Below, piece by piece: positions 1 to 8,211 of a DNA stretch of 64,000 nucleotides (positions are counted from its first letter, which is position 1; each line of letters opens with the position of its first letter). Location of the stretch: IMG/VR virus record IMGVR_UViG_3300045988_121566, positions 8,100 to 72,099 of that record; one strand, written 5' to 3'. Source of the stretch: a virus. The position numbers and the translations under genes were made by a program. A model generated the notes under the pieces. It was not told the origin of the DNA, did not search any database, and saw nothing but the letters and a program-made list of their open reading frames with translations.

Positions 1-5
1 AACCT

Positions 6-362
6 ATGGAGACTGTGGTGGACGTGAAGGTGAAGTTAGGTGACGAGGAAGTGGATTTCAAGCAACTGCCAGCAAACGGGCAGATAGCCAACGACAAGAG
101 TCTTGTGGTAAGCGACAACAAGGAAGCCATGAGCGCAGAGGTGGATGCAATGCTGAGACAATCCAAGGCGATACTGGATAGCGTAGATTACCATGAGAGA
201 GTCGTTAAATCTTGCGAGGGAATGCTACTGAATCTCAACCCACAGATAGCAAAAGAGAGGGAACAGACCGAGAAAATCAACAAACTGGAAGGTAAGGTTT
301 CAGGCATTGAGGGCAAGATTGACAAGATGATGGGATGGCTTCAGCAGACCATGAGCAAGTAA
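6..362 (+). CDS. hypothetical protein (118 aa, coiled-coil-like C-terminus); possibly 5'-truncated by the window edge
   Basis: ORF track. The frame stays open upstream to position 3, so the true start may lie outside the window. No recognisable motif. Confidence 0.45.
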   Translation: METVVDVKVKLGDEEVDFKQLPANGQIANDKSLVVSDNKEAMSAEVDAMLRQSKAILDSVDYHERVVKSCEGMLLNLNPQIAKEREQTEKINKLEGKVSGIEGKIDKMMGWLQQTMSK

Positions 363-392
363 TCTCCTATCTATCTATTCATTTAAAATCTT

Positions 393-662
393 ATGATTAT
401 GGTAATGATTGAGATTACAGAAGACAAGTTTGATGGCTTGTACGATAACTTAGAGAAAGGTTTGCGCTACTTCGATAAGGCTATGAAATGCCTGGACGAA
501 ATGAAGCGTGACAGCCGTGGAAGATACGGAGAAAGAAGCCGTATTCCGGACTACAGAGGTCGTGGTAGAAGTGGCATGCGTGAATACGACGACTACGATG
601 AAGAAATGCGTGACGGTCGTGAGCGCAGAGAGAAACGTGACTACCAAGACTGGGAGGAATAA
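393..662 (+). CDS. hypothetical small Arg/Asp/Glu-rich protein (89 aa)
   Basis: ORF track with an ATG start. The C-terminal half is charged low-complexity (RGRGRSGMREYDDYDEEMRDGRERREKRDY). Co-directional with its neighbours. Confidence 0.45.
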   Translation: MIMVMIEITEDKFDGLYDNLEKGLRYFDKAMKCLDEMKRDSRGRYGERSRIPDYRGRGRSGMREYDDYDEEMRDGRERREKRDYQDWEE

Positions 663-733
663 TAATAACTAACTATGTGGGTTTGGTCACGATATAAATG
701 TCGGAGCCAGACCCATTTAAATTTTAGACGATT

Positions 734-1147
734 ATGGCTACAAAATATAGAGAATCGCTTGATGCGTATGATTACAAACCGAAAGAAATGGTTGCATATC
801 TGAGACACAACGGCTGGCACTTCAACAAGAAAATGTGCGAGTGGGCAGTGGCTCAGATGAAAAAGAACGGGAAACGCATTAAGGCAATGAGCAGCGAGAG
901 TGTAGAAGAACTGCTGAGAAAACACGATGTTGAGTTAGAGAACAACATCGGCCATGATGCCTGTTATATTGCCAATATGTGTGTTGCAGACTTCTACGGC
1001 AGCTCGATAATGGACGAGAAATCGCTTGCCAAGTTTGTGAAAGACTATGTTGATGACGAGGATCAGCAGGATGGCTTTATCTTCAACCGCTTCTATGCAG
1101 ACTGTGCTCATAATGGGGTAGGTATTCCTTGGGATGAGATATTATGA
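734..1147 (+). CDS. hypothetical protein (137 aa)
   Basis: ORF track with an ATG start. Its stop overlaps the next start (ATGA at 1144-1147), suggesting translational coupling. Confidence 0.55.
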   Translation: MATKYRESLDAYDYKPKEMVAYLRHNGWHFNKKMCEWAVAQMKKNGKRIKAMSSESVEELLRKHDVELENNIGHDACYIANMCVADFYGSSIMDEKSLAKFVKDYVDDEDQQDGFIFNRFYADCAHNGVGIPWDEIL

Positions 1148-1524
1148 CAGAACAGGAGATTTACTTAGAGCAGTATGACTGGACGGTGCGTGTGTGTTAT
1201 CATGCTGGCAGGAATGATGCAATGAGAATAAGAAAGCATCTTCGGGAGTTGGGCTGTCATGGCGTACCTCTCGAAGATGCTTGTAATCTTATGCTCAAAG
1301 GTGAGCTGAATAAAGGGCTAACCTACTCCAATATGGACAAAAGGAAAAGTGTTGTCGTTATAGGGGAAGCCTCATCGTACCCTGAGTGGATCAATAGTAT
1401 CGGACATGAAATGCTTCATGTGGTTCAGCATATATCAGACTGTTTCCTCCTTGATATGTATGGAGAAGAAGTGTGCTATCTGCATGGAAAGCTGATGCAA
1501 GCGAGTATGGATGGATTAAAATGA
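1144..1524 (+). CDS. small HExxH-motif protein, putative zinc metallopeptidase-like (126 aa)
   Basis: Motif SIGHEMLHVVQH (HExxH followed by H). ATGA overlap with the upstream ORF. Confidence 0.5.
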   Translation: MTEQEIYLEQYDWTVRVCYHAGRNDAMRIRKHLRELGCHGVPLEDACNLMLKGELNKGLTYSNMDKRKSVVVIGEASSYPEWINSIGHEMLHVVQHISDCFLLDMYGEEVCYLHGKLMQASMDGLK

Positions 1525-2106
1525 AAATACTAATTTTTCAGGATAACCCTTCGTTACATCATAAGCCTCGACCCCTTCTATTGAGGTAAGATCCATCACT
1601 TCTGCCTTATGATGGTGTGTAACATTGTTGGTCTGCTTGGCATAGACTTCCAACTCTTTCAACATATACAGGACGTTGTCAATATCCATGGTTTCACACT
1701 CTGTATCAAACCAGATGTCAACGGTCTTTTCTCCATCCTCTTTGAGTATGTTGGTAGAGTATGATAGACTTCTACGTAAGTTTACATCGAGCCAGCGTTG
1801 CTTGTCGTTGAGAAGGAAAGAGTTGACTGCCGATGATTTGTCATAAGCAGTTATCTCTGCTATCTTTTCTGCCTTAGCTTCTTCGAGTTTCAAGGCATCC
1901 ATCTTAGCAGAGAATTGCGTAAATGCAGCTCTTACTTTGGCTTCATCGAAAGAATCTTTCGGCAGAGTACATTCGTAGCACTCATAAGCGTTCATCTCCT
2001 TGTTATACTCGGCATTGATGTGATATACCACCATGTTTCCGTACTCATACGTTTGTCTGTACTGACCTTCTGGAATAAAGGTCTTGATAAAATTAATTTT
2101 CTCCAT
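1516..2106 (-). CDS. hypothetical protein (196 aa) immediately downstream of the DGR reverse transcriptase
   Basis: ORF track with an ATG start 8 nt after the RT stop, on the same strand. Converges on and overlaps the 1144-1524 ORF by 9 nt. No diagnostic motif. Confidence 0.55.
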   Translation of the reverse strand: MEKINFIKTFIPEGQYRQTYEYGNMVVYHINAEYNKEMNAYECYECTLPKDSFDEAKVRAAFTQFSAKMDALKLEEAKAEKIAEITAYDKSSAVNSFLLNDKQRWLDVNLRRSLSYSTNILKEDGEKTVDIWFDTECETMDIDNVLYMLKELEVYAKQTNNVTHHHKAEVMDLTSIEGVEAYDVTKGYPEKLVFSF

Positions 2107-2113
2107 AGTCTTT

Positions 2114-3280
2114 TTACTTTTTAAATTTATTTTTTATTTTGATTTTCTTCATATTTACACAGAAGACTCTGTCTTTATGTGGCATCATCGCCCATGCCTT
2201 TCGCCTAACGTTATATGTATTATAATGAAAAAGTACGCCCATCAGGCTGTTGATGCGGTTTACGTACCTCTTCATAACTTCACCTTTAGGGTCAGACATC
2301 GTTCCGAATTTATCTATCACGTCATATAAATGTTCAACTGTACGTGAGTTTGGGAGTGTTCTGCCTGGGCGAATTAATGCGCCTGTAAACCTCACTCCAC
2401 TCGATGCCCTCTGTAGGCTAACCTTTCGTGGATGCAGTGTAAGCCCATGTTCTTCTAACAGATAGTTTCTCGATTCTTGTAGGATATTCATAAGCAATTT
2501 TTTATCCCTACTGATAACTACGAAATCATCTACATATCTTCCATATCCACCATCTTCTCCCACTCTGTCTATCATCAGTTTATCGAATTGAGATAGAAGA
2601 AGGTTTGCAAGAAGTTGTGATGGTAGGTTTCCGATAGGCAAGCCGACACCTTTTCCACAGGTGAATAACGACTTATTCTTCGGCAGCTTATTCCACAAAC
2701 TCAAATCACCCACCTTTATACAGTTCTTTGTCGGGTCGTGCAAGACAACTTTCTTCCATAGCCACAGCCACCATTCTATATCACTTCCATGATACTTTTC
2801 TATGATAACCTTTTCAAGTAGCCTATAAAGGAGCGCACGATTAATGCTCATAAAGAAGCCTTGTAGGTCACATTTCAACACCCACGATTCCGTGGTGTAG
2901 TTATCGCTCACTCGCTTTATTTGCTTCTTGACATCAGCGATACCGTAATCAGTGCCCTTGCCTGCACGACAGGCATACGCCTTGTCTGTCATTTCACTTT
3001 CGAGTATGTCTGCAAATTTAATCGCAAGCAGATGGTGTACTATCCTGTCTCGGAATGCAGCACAGAACACTTCCCTTAGCTTTGGTCTCGTTACGCAGAA
3101 AGTCTTACTCTTACTTATCTCGTATGACATAGAGTTAAGTTCGATATATAGTTGATAATTATTCGCAATGTAGTTCATCTTGTATTCGATGCAGCCTGGT
3201 GTTGAACCCTTATGCTTACAGCAGTCGTAATAGGCATCATATACCTCGTCTATCGTTACATATTCTCTTTCAAATTTCAT
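2114..3280 (-). CDS. DGR-type reverse transcriptase
   Basis: RT catalytic box GRYVDDFVVIS. DGR-typical motif LPIGNLPSQLLANLLLSQF. Lies 45 nt downstream of the template repeat. The track start at 3295 is a TTG; the ATG at 3280 (MKFEREYVT...) is preferred. Confidence 0.9.
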   Translation of the reverse strand: MKFEREYVTIDEVYDAYYDCCKHKGSTPGCIEYKMNYIANNYQLYIELNSMSYEISKSKTFCVTRPKLREVFCAAFRDRIVHHLLAIKFADILESEMTDKAYACRAGKGTDYGIADVKKQIKRVSDNYTTESWVLKCDLQGFFMSINRALLYRLLEKVIIEKYHGSDIEWWLWLWKKVVLHDPTKNCIKVGDLSLWNKLPKNKSLFTCGKGVGLPIGNLPSQLLANLLLSQFDKLMIDRVGEDGGYGRYVDDFVVISRDKKLLMNILQESRNYLLEEHGLTLHPRKVSLQRASSGVRFTGALIRPGRTLPNSRTVEHLYDVIDKFGTMSDPKGEVMKRYVNRINSLMGVLFHYNTYNVRRKAWAMMPHKDRVFCVNMKKIKIKNKFKK

Positions 3281-3325
3281 TTTTTTTAATGGCAAATACA
3301 GAGATAATCGTCACTACCTGATAAT

Positions 3326-3417
3326 CGAAAACTGGCAAAACCACGTTGCTGTTCGACTTGTTGTTGTTGTTCGCACTACTACTGTAGTTCCAAGCGTTCG
3401 TAGCATTGTTCTGCGTA
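3326..3417 (-). repeat. DGR template repeat (TR), 92 nt
   Basis: 79/92 identity to 3938-4029 at a constant offset of 612. In the target frame the TR reads TQNNATNAWNYSSSANNNNKSNSNVVLPVF, which is AAC/AAT-rich. The 67-aa track ORF 3314-3517 is just this repeat read in another frame. Confidence 0.9.
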
Positions 3418-3489
3418 TCTCGGTACATTCTCCGTTTTTACGGTCTGAACACTTCTCCATTAAGAGTTGCGTGTTAATACCCCTTGTCA

Positions 3490-3888
3490 CTATAGTGACG
3501 GCACCCTCGTGTTGCATACAGCTTCACGACTCTCACCTTTGCGCTTTTGCTCTGCCTTCTGCCAACCATACGCCTCTCTCAGTACCTTCTCCGCTAAATG
3601 ATTGAGGTTGGTTGCCTGTTTCTTATTCAGAAACTCAGCATCCGTGAGGAGGTTGATCCTTGAGTTGACTTCCGACATGAGCAATATATATTCATGTATA
3701 CGATCATCTCTTTCCGTCCAGCTCTCGTTGATTCTGCGTATCATATCGAGTGCTGTGCAAGCCTTGCTGACAGCCTCATTATAGGTGCTGTATCTAACAA
3801 TCTTGCTGACGGTCTTGCTATACTTTAGAAGTATCTTGCACAAGACAAGCGTATCTTTGTATATAAACAAATTCTCTGTAAGTGCCAT
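3490..3888 (-). CDS. avd: DGR accessory variability determinant (Avd)-like helical-bundle protein
   Basis: 132 aa and predicted all-helical. Sits between the target gene and the TR, the canonical Avd position. The C-terminal ...REAYGWQKAEQKRK resembles Avd/S23-IVS family ends. The track start at 3936 would overlap the VR; the ATG at 3888 (MALTENLF...) is preferred. Confidence 0.7.
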   Translation of the reverse strand: MALTENLFIYKDTLVLCKILLKYSKTVSKIVRYSTYNEAVSKACTALDMIRRINESWTERDDRIHEYILLMSEVNSRINLLTDAEFLNKKQATNLNHLAEKVLREAYGWQKAEQKRKGESREAVCNTRVPSL

Positions 3889-3929
3889 TTTCTTGAAAAG
3901 AGATTTAAAGAGATGAAGAGATAAAGAGG

Positions 3930-5885
3930 TTAACAAGCGAAAACTGGCAAAACCACGAAGCTGCTCGACTTGCCGTAGTTGATCGCACTACTACTGGAGC
4001 TCCAAGCGCTCGTAGCACTGCCCTGCGTAGAAGTCCACCTGTTTTTTTTCATTACGAAGTTGTAGTAGTCTGTAGCAACCGTCTCGCCAAACAGTGTTTC
4101 CAGCACCTGCCGAATGATACCGATATTGGCTACATGCACGTATTCCTGTCCAACCGACATGAGGAAACCATGTAAATCCTCACCACCGATTGTGAATATC
4201 TGACCATACGCATAATCAAAGGCTGGCACAGACAAGCTACGTTCCTGAGCCTCCTGTCTGATAAGGTATGATGAAGACTCTCCGTTGTAGTAATTTGCAT
4301 CATTCACGTTATTTCCGTTCAGAGCAATAGAATTAAACTGTAATTGCTGCGTACACCACGACGTACTTATCAGTTTTGACACATTCTTAATATCACTTGT
4401 ACGAATACAGAAAGTACCATGATTGATAGGAAGTGAAGCGCCTGCCACCTTGATAGCTACTGCGTCATCAGCGTTTCTTCCTGCGGTCACCCAGTCTTCG
4501 ATGTAGTACTCATTTTTATCAATATCTACCACAAATATACCCGACTTGAACTGGTAGAATCTGTAGTCGATAAGTCTCTGAGGAACGTTTGCCGTATAGG
4601 TTCTCGAGTTTTTATTGAAGCTGACATTGTAGCCTTCTTGATTATCAATTCTTACTGTATATTCCTTCTTGTATGGCACGAATACCGTCACCTGACCTTT
4701 CGCATCAGTCTGATATGTAGTATCCTTCCTGTCAACTGTCACAATAACAGGAATGCCTTCCCAAGCTGTGCCTACGTTCTCAACATACTTGGTAGCAGTG
4801 ATAATCACCTTCTCCATACTGTCCTCATCGTAAGGCAGATATTCCACATTGATATTTCGGCTACCCAATACTGCTGTATAGCCAACAGGAGCGATAGGCT
4901 GAGCATTGCCATATTCAGGGAACACTACCTGATAGTAGTTGCCTCGGTCGATGGTAAATGTAGCCTTACCCTCTGCGTTGGTTGTATACGTCTGAGGTGT
5001 CTTTCCGTTGTTGAGGAACACATTGATTTTAATGCCTGCCACGTTTATAGAATCAACAGAAGATGCGATGGTTACAGTCACTTCCTCATCTGTATTGATG
5101 ACATCTACCGACTTGGTTTCTCCGTTTCGGTTTGTTACAGATATTATTGAGCCTGACAGCTCCACATTGCAAGTTTCTGCTCCTGTCGTTGCAGTCTCTG
5201 CTGCTCGGATAGCGGTGTTTGTGTTATTGGCAGCGGTATTAGCTGCGTTGATGGATGCAGTAAGGGCATTGAGGTCTATATTGTCAAGTTTTCCCTTGTC
5301 TTCTCCAGACATAAAGCCAGGTTGACCTGGTAAATGATGGACTGAGCCGTGGGAAGGACCAGAAGCTAATGGAATACTAATTATTTTATGTTTGCCATCT
5401 GCAAACTCAAATAGCAGATTATTTAGTTTCACGTTAGGATTGAAGCTACCATCTACATCCGTATCAGTAAAACGAATGTCAGAAATAGTCTCACTCTTTT
5501 TAGAGTAATCCTTTAAATCTACACTCGTGGTAAATTCTCCTAATTGTTCCCAATCAGTATCTTTGACATTTGTAATATCGCTACCAGTAAATATATACTC
5601 TTTATATATATTCTTATTAGTCTTTTCATCAACACCTCTTGGAACCAAAAATATATGCTTACTTTGTTTTTCTGTCAGTTGTGTAGGAAGTTCAAGAGCT
5701 ATTTCGTGTATATCAGTATCAACATTTCCTAACTGAGAAAGAGGAACATTACCTCCTGCATCAAGAGAGGCAATACCATTTGCTACGCCCTTAGTATCAA
5801 GGACACTTTTCTTTGACTTGTCTATCTGTGTCTTGATGCCTTGCAGGAGTCTTAAAACACTATTTCTATCTAAATATTTTTCCAT
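3930..5885 (-). CDS. tail-fibre / receptor-binding protein; DGR target with a C-terminal variable (C-type-lectin-like) tip
   Basis: 651 aa. The N-terminus has the common tail-fibre motif GVANGIASLDAGGNVPLSQLGN. The C-terminus ...RWTSTQGSATSAWSSSSSAINYGKSSSFVVLPVFAC carries the VR. Confidence 0.85.
   Translation of the reverse strand: MEKYLDRNSVLRLLQGIKTQIDKSKKSVLDTKGVANGIASLDAGGNVPLSQLGNVDTDIHEIALELPTQLTEKQSKHIFLVPRGVDEKTNKNIYKEYIFTGSDITNVKDTDWEQLGEFTTSVDLKDYSKKSETISDIRFTDTDVDGSFNPNVKLNNLLFEFADGKHKIISIPLASGPSHGSVHHLPGQPGFMSGEDKGKLDNIDLNALTASINAANTAANNTNTAIRAAETATTGAETCNVELSGSIISVTNRNGETKSVDVINTDEEVTVTIASSVDSINVAGIKINVFLNNGKTPQTYTTNAEGKATFTIDRGNYYQVVFPEYGNAQPIAPVGYTAVLGSRNINVEYLPYDEDSMEKVIITATKYVENVGTAWEGIPVIVTVDRKDTTYQTDAKGQVTVFVPYKKEYTVRIDNQEGYNVSFNKNSRTYTANVPQRLIDYRFYQFKSGIFVVDIDKNEYYIEDWVTAGRNADDAVAIKVAGASLPINHGTFCIRTSDIKNVSKLISTSWCTQQLQFNSIALNGNNVNDANYYNGESSSYLIRQEAQERSLSVPAFDYAYGQIFTIGGEDLHGFLMSVGQEYVHVANIGIIRQVLETLFGETVATDYYNFVMKKNRWTSTQGSATSAWSSSSSAINYGKSSSFVVLPVFAC
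3938..4029 (-). repeat. DGR variable repeat (VR) at the 3' end of the tail-fibre gene
   Basis: There are 13 mismatches to the TR, at TR positions 3346, 3347, 3352, 3361, 3362, 3365, 3370, 3385, 3388, 3397, 3406, 3409 and 3410. All are T on the + strand, i.e. A on the coding strand. The last 20 nt (3938-3957 vs 3326-3345) are identical, which is IMH-like. Confidence 0.9.
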
Positions 5886-5897
5886 TTGCTAATATTT

Positions 5898-6656
5898 TTA
5901 TCTAAATACACTTGATATACAACTGTCAATATCAGAATCTGTCATTGCTGTAATAACTTCGCTATTGTTGTTTAACAGACCTAACACAGAGCGGTTATGA
6001 GTTTTAAAACCAACTGCTGTAACATCTAATGGAACTTCAAATCTTCCACCATCAAAGCCACCAATAGAACGAGGGTATGGATCGTCATCTCCTCCACTTG
6101 TTTCCCATTTTTCTAACTTAACATCATAGCCATCTTTATTAAAGGCTATAACAGCAGGAAGAGCACTGATGTTTCTGATTTCTTTAACGCCTATGATATT
6201 GTGGTCGTTTAACCCAAGATCGCTGTGCATAAAATTGCTGCCATCTATTCTGAGATATTCATCTTTTAGTTTGTCCCAAACGGCTTGAGCAATCTTCTCG
6301 ATGGTAATGGCATTGTTTTCAATCTCCTGAGTGCCAACAGCTCCTTCTTGGATATTGACTCTTTCTACAGCTCCATTTCCAATGATGCTTGAAGTAACTG
6401 CGTGTTCTGCCAGTTTTCTTTCCGTGACTGCTTCATCATGGAGTTTTTCGGTTGTTACGGAATCGTTCGCTATCTCGTCAGTGCCAACAGCGCCGTCCTG
6501 GATATTATCTCTCAGAACCGCACCTGTTCCAAGTTTTTCGGAAGTAACAGCTTCGTCAGCTAACTTTTCGGTTGTTACAGACCTGTCCTCGTAATCTTCA
6601 GTTTTCATTTGAGGAACTTTCGTTCCTAACCTAATATCTTCTCTAAATGTAGGCAT
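5898..6656 (-). CDS. tail-fibre-associated protein with tandem ~10-aa repeats
   Basis: About 10 copies of the repeat xxAVTxEKLxD/xGAVxxxxI (SVTTEKLADEAVTSEKLGTGAV...DGAVGTDEIANDSVTTEKLHDEAVTERKLAEHAVT...). A ~150-nt internal duplication is visible at DNA level (6330-6358 vs 6480-6508). Adjacent to the tail-fibre gene. Confidence 0.65.
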   Translation of the reverse strand: MPTFREDIRLGTKVPQMKTEDYEDRSVTTEKLADEAVTSEKLGTGAVLRDNIQDGAVGTDEIANDSVTTEKLHDEAVTERKLAEHAVTSSIIGNGAVERVNIQEGAVGTQEIENNAITIEKIAQAVWDKLKDEYLRIDGSNFMHSDLGLNDHNIIGVKEIRNISALPAVIAFNKDGYDVKLEKWETSGGDDDPYPRSIGGFDGGRFEVPLDVTAVGFKTHNRSVLGLLNNNSEVITAMTDSDIDSCISSVFR

Positions 6657-6921
6657 AACAAATTTCTTTTGGTTGAGTTGATGTAAATATCTTAATTTTG
6701 AATTGAGGGGAAGGTATGCGGATTCTGAAACAGAAAGATTTATTATCCTTGTGCCTCTTTATCGGAACTCGATACCATTTATCATCACCACAATTTTGCC
6801 TGATAACAACCTTTCCGGGAGTGGTAAGATTGATTGTTAAGTACACATTGCGATGCACGCTTAGTTCTTCGGAAACCCAAGCATTTTCTTCGTTGCTATA
6901 TGAAGTAGCTATCTTTTCCAT
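6643..6921 (-). CDS. hypothetical protein (92 aa)
   Basis: The track ORF 6643-7080 was trimmed to the ATG at 6921 (MEKIATSYSNEE...), which abuts the stop of the upstream gene at 6923. Confidence 0.45.
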   Translation of the reverse strand: MEKIATSYSNEENAWVSEELSVHRNVYLTINLTTPGKVVIRQNCGDDKWYRVPIKRHKDNKSFCFRIRIPSPQFKIKIFTSTQPKEICYAYI

Positions 6922-6922
6922 C

Positions 6923-7615
6923 TTATTTATTTTGGTTAGCACCCAGTTGCTGCAGAGCAATAGAATACATTTGATTAGCCTTAGAATCATCATAGGCAGA
7001 AAGAAGTAAGAAGGCAAGATAGTAGATGAAGGCACCACGGAAGTTGTCGGAGATTTCGACAGAATCGTCCTCCTCGCCACTGCCCTTTGTTACGTCTGTA
7101 GGCACGCCTACATAAGATACGGAAATCGTTCCATCGGAAGGCATAGGCTGTACCAATACCTGCAGTGGCTTGACGCGCATGATGGCAGCTTGTGGTCGGT
7201 CGACGGTTCCCTTGGAAGTGTCATCAAACATCATCAGTGCCTCATCAGAGGTGTCCTCTACAGGAATGACAGCCTTGTGCCACCCTTTGCCACGTACACG
7301 GTTGATATTGAACACAGAGACAGACGAAGGCATTGTGATAACGCCAATATCCTCGTGCCCATCAAAGGAGGTTACCGTCATAGTAGCGGTTGTAGATGCC
7401 ACATCGGAAGAAGCATTCTTCTGTGTAGAAGAAGATGATGAAAGCACCGAAGAAGCGGAAGCAGTAATAGCAATCCAATGTAATGCATCAGGAATCTTTG
7501 CGCGGATGATATTCTCCATGTACACGTCGTCTTTATCGTCTGCGATATAAGATGTACCAGAAGTTTCCTCGTCAATACACCATCGTACCTGTTTTATGAT
7601 TTCATCTACTCTCAT
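6923..7615 (-). CDS. hypothetical virion-module protein (230 aa)
   Basis: ORF track with an ATG start. Tiles in the capsid-to-tail-fibre gene string. No motif. Confidence 0.55.
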   Translation of the reverse strand: MRVDEIIKQVRWCIDEETSGTSYIADDKDDVYMENIIRAKIPDALHWIAITASASSVLSSSSSTQKNASSDVASTTATMTVTSFDGHEDIGVITMPSSVSVFNINRVRGKGWHKAVIPVEDTSDEALMMFDDTSKGTVDRPQAAIMRVKPLQVLVQPMPSDGTISVSYVGVPTDVTKGSGEEDDSVEISDNFRGAFIYYLAFLLLSAYDDSKANQMYSIALQQLGANQNK

Positions 7616-7639
7616 TATACCTTATTTATATATAGCGGA

Positions 7640-8119
7640 TTATGGCTCGAAGTCGGGGAAGATAATGTTGTACTTTGACGCCTGTTTCATGGCATTAGCC
7701 AAAGTGCGGTAATCTTTATCAAAGCGCTTGTTTACATACTCGATAACGTCTGCAGTAGAAACAACACCCATCACCCGTTCCTTCTCAGGCTCAGCCTCAT
7801 CGGTGTATTTTTCGGAAGTCTCCTCTTTTTCAGTAACGGCATCGTGCGCCTGCAAAGCTTCTTGCTTCTCCTTATCAAGAGCAGCCTGCTCGCCAGGGTA
7901 TTCCTCCTCGGAGTGCTCGAGAATGATGGTGTTGTTAAGAAAAAGAGGGTTGGACTCCAGGAGATCCTGGCAGTATCTGTTGCGAAGTGTCAGTGACGGA
8001 TACTTGTTGATAACCACATTGCCGTTAGTGAAGTTGTATCGTACCTTGTTGCCATGCTTTCCTTCAAGCAGATAACTTACATTATTATTGCTGACTCTCG
8101 CCTTGTATGTTTTAATCAT
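7640..8119 (-). CDS. hypothetical virion-module protein (159 aa, acidic centre)
   Basis: ORF track with an ATG start. Directly follows the terminator after the putative capsid gene. Confidence 0.55.
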   Translation of the reverse strand: MIKTYKARVSNNNVSYLLEGKHGNKVRYNFTNGNVVINKYPSLTLRNRYCQDLLESNPLFLNNTIILEHSEEEYPGEQAALDKEKQEALQAHDAVTEKEETSEKYTDEAEPEKERVMGVVSTADVIEYVNKRFDKDYRTLANAMKQASKYNIIFPDFEP

Positions 8120-8134
8120 ATTACTTTAGAATTT

Positions 8135-8167
8135 AAAAAGGGGGCGAGGCTTACCGCACCCGCCCCC
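8135..8167 (-). terminator. rho-independent terminator after the putative major capsid gene
   Basis: On the minus strand: GGGGGCG...CGCCCCC GC-rich hairpin (8140-8167) followed by TTTTT (8135-8139). It lies 45 nt downstream of the stop at 8212. Confidence 0.65.
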
Positions 8168-8211
8168 ATAATGAGTAAATATATATTGGTTGAAATGAAA
8201 AAGAACTCACA

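Noticed and set aside
3314-3517. A 67-aa ORF between avd and the RT gene.
   Set aside because: It is the DGR template repeat read in a different frame (TTTTSRT...). The TR functions as RNA.
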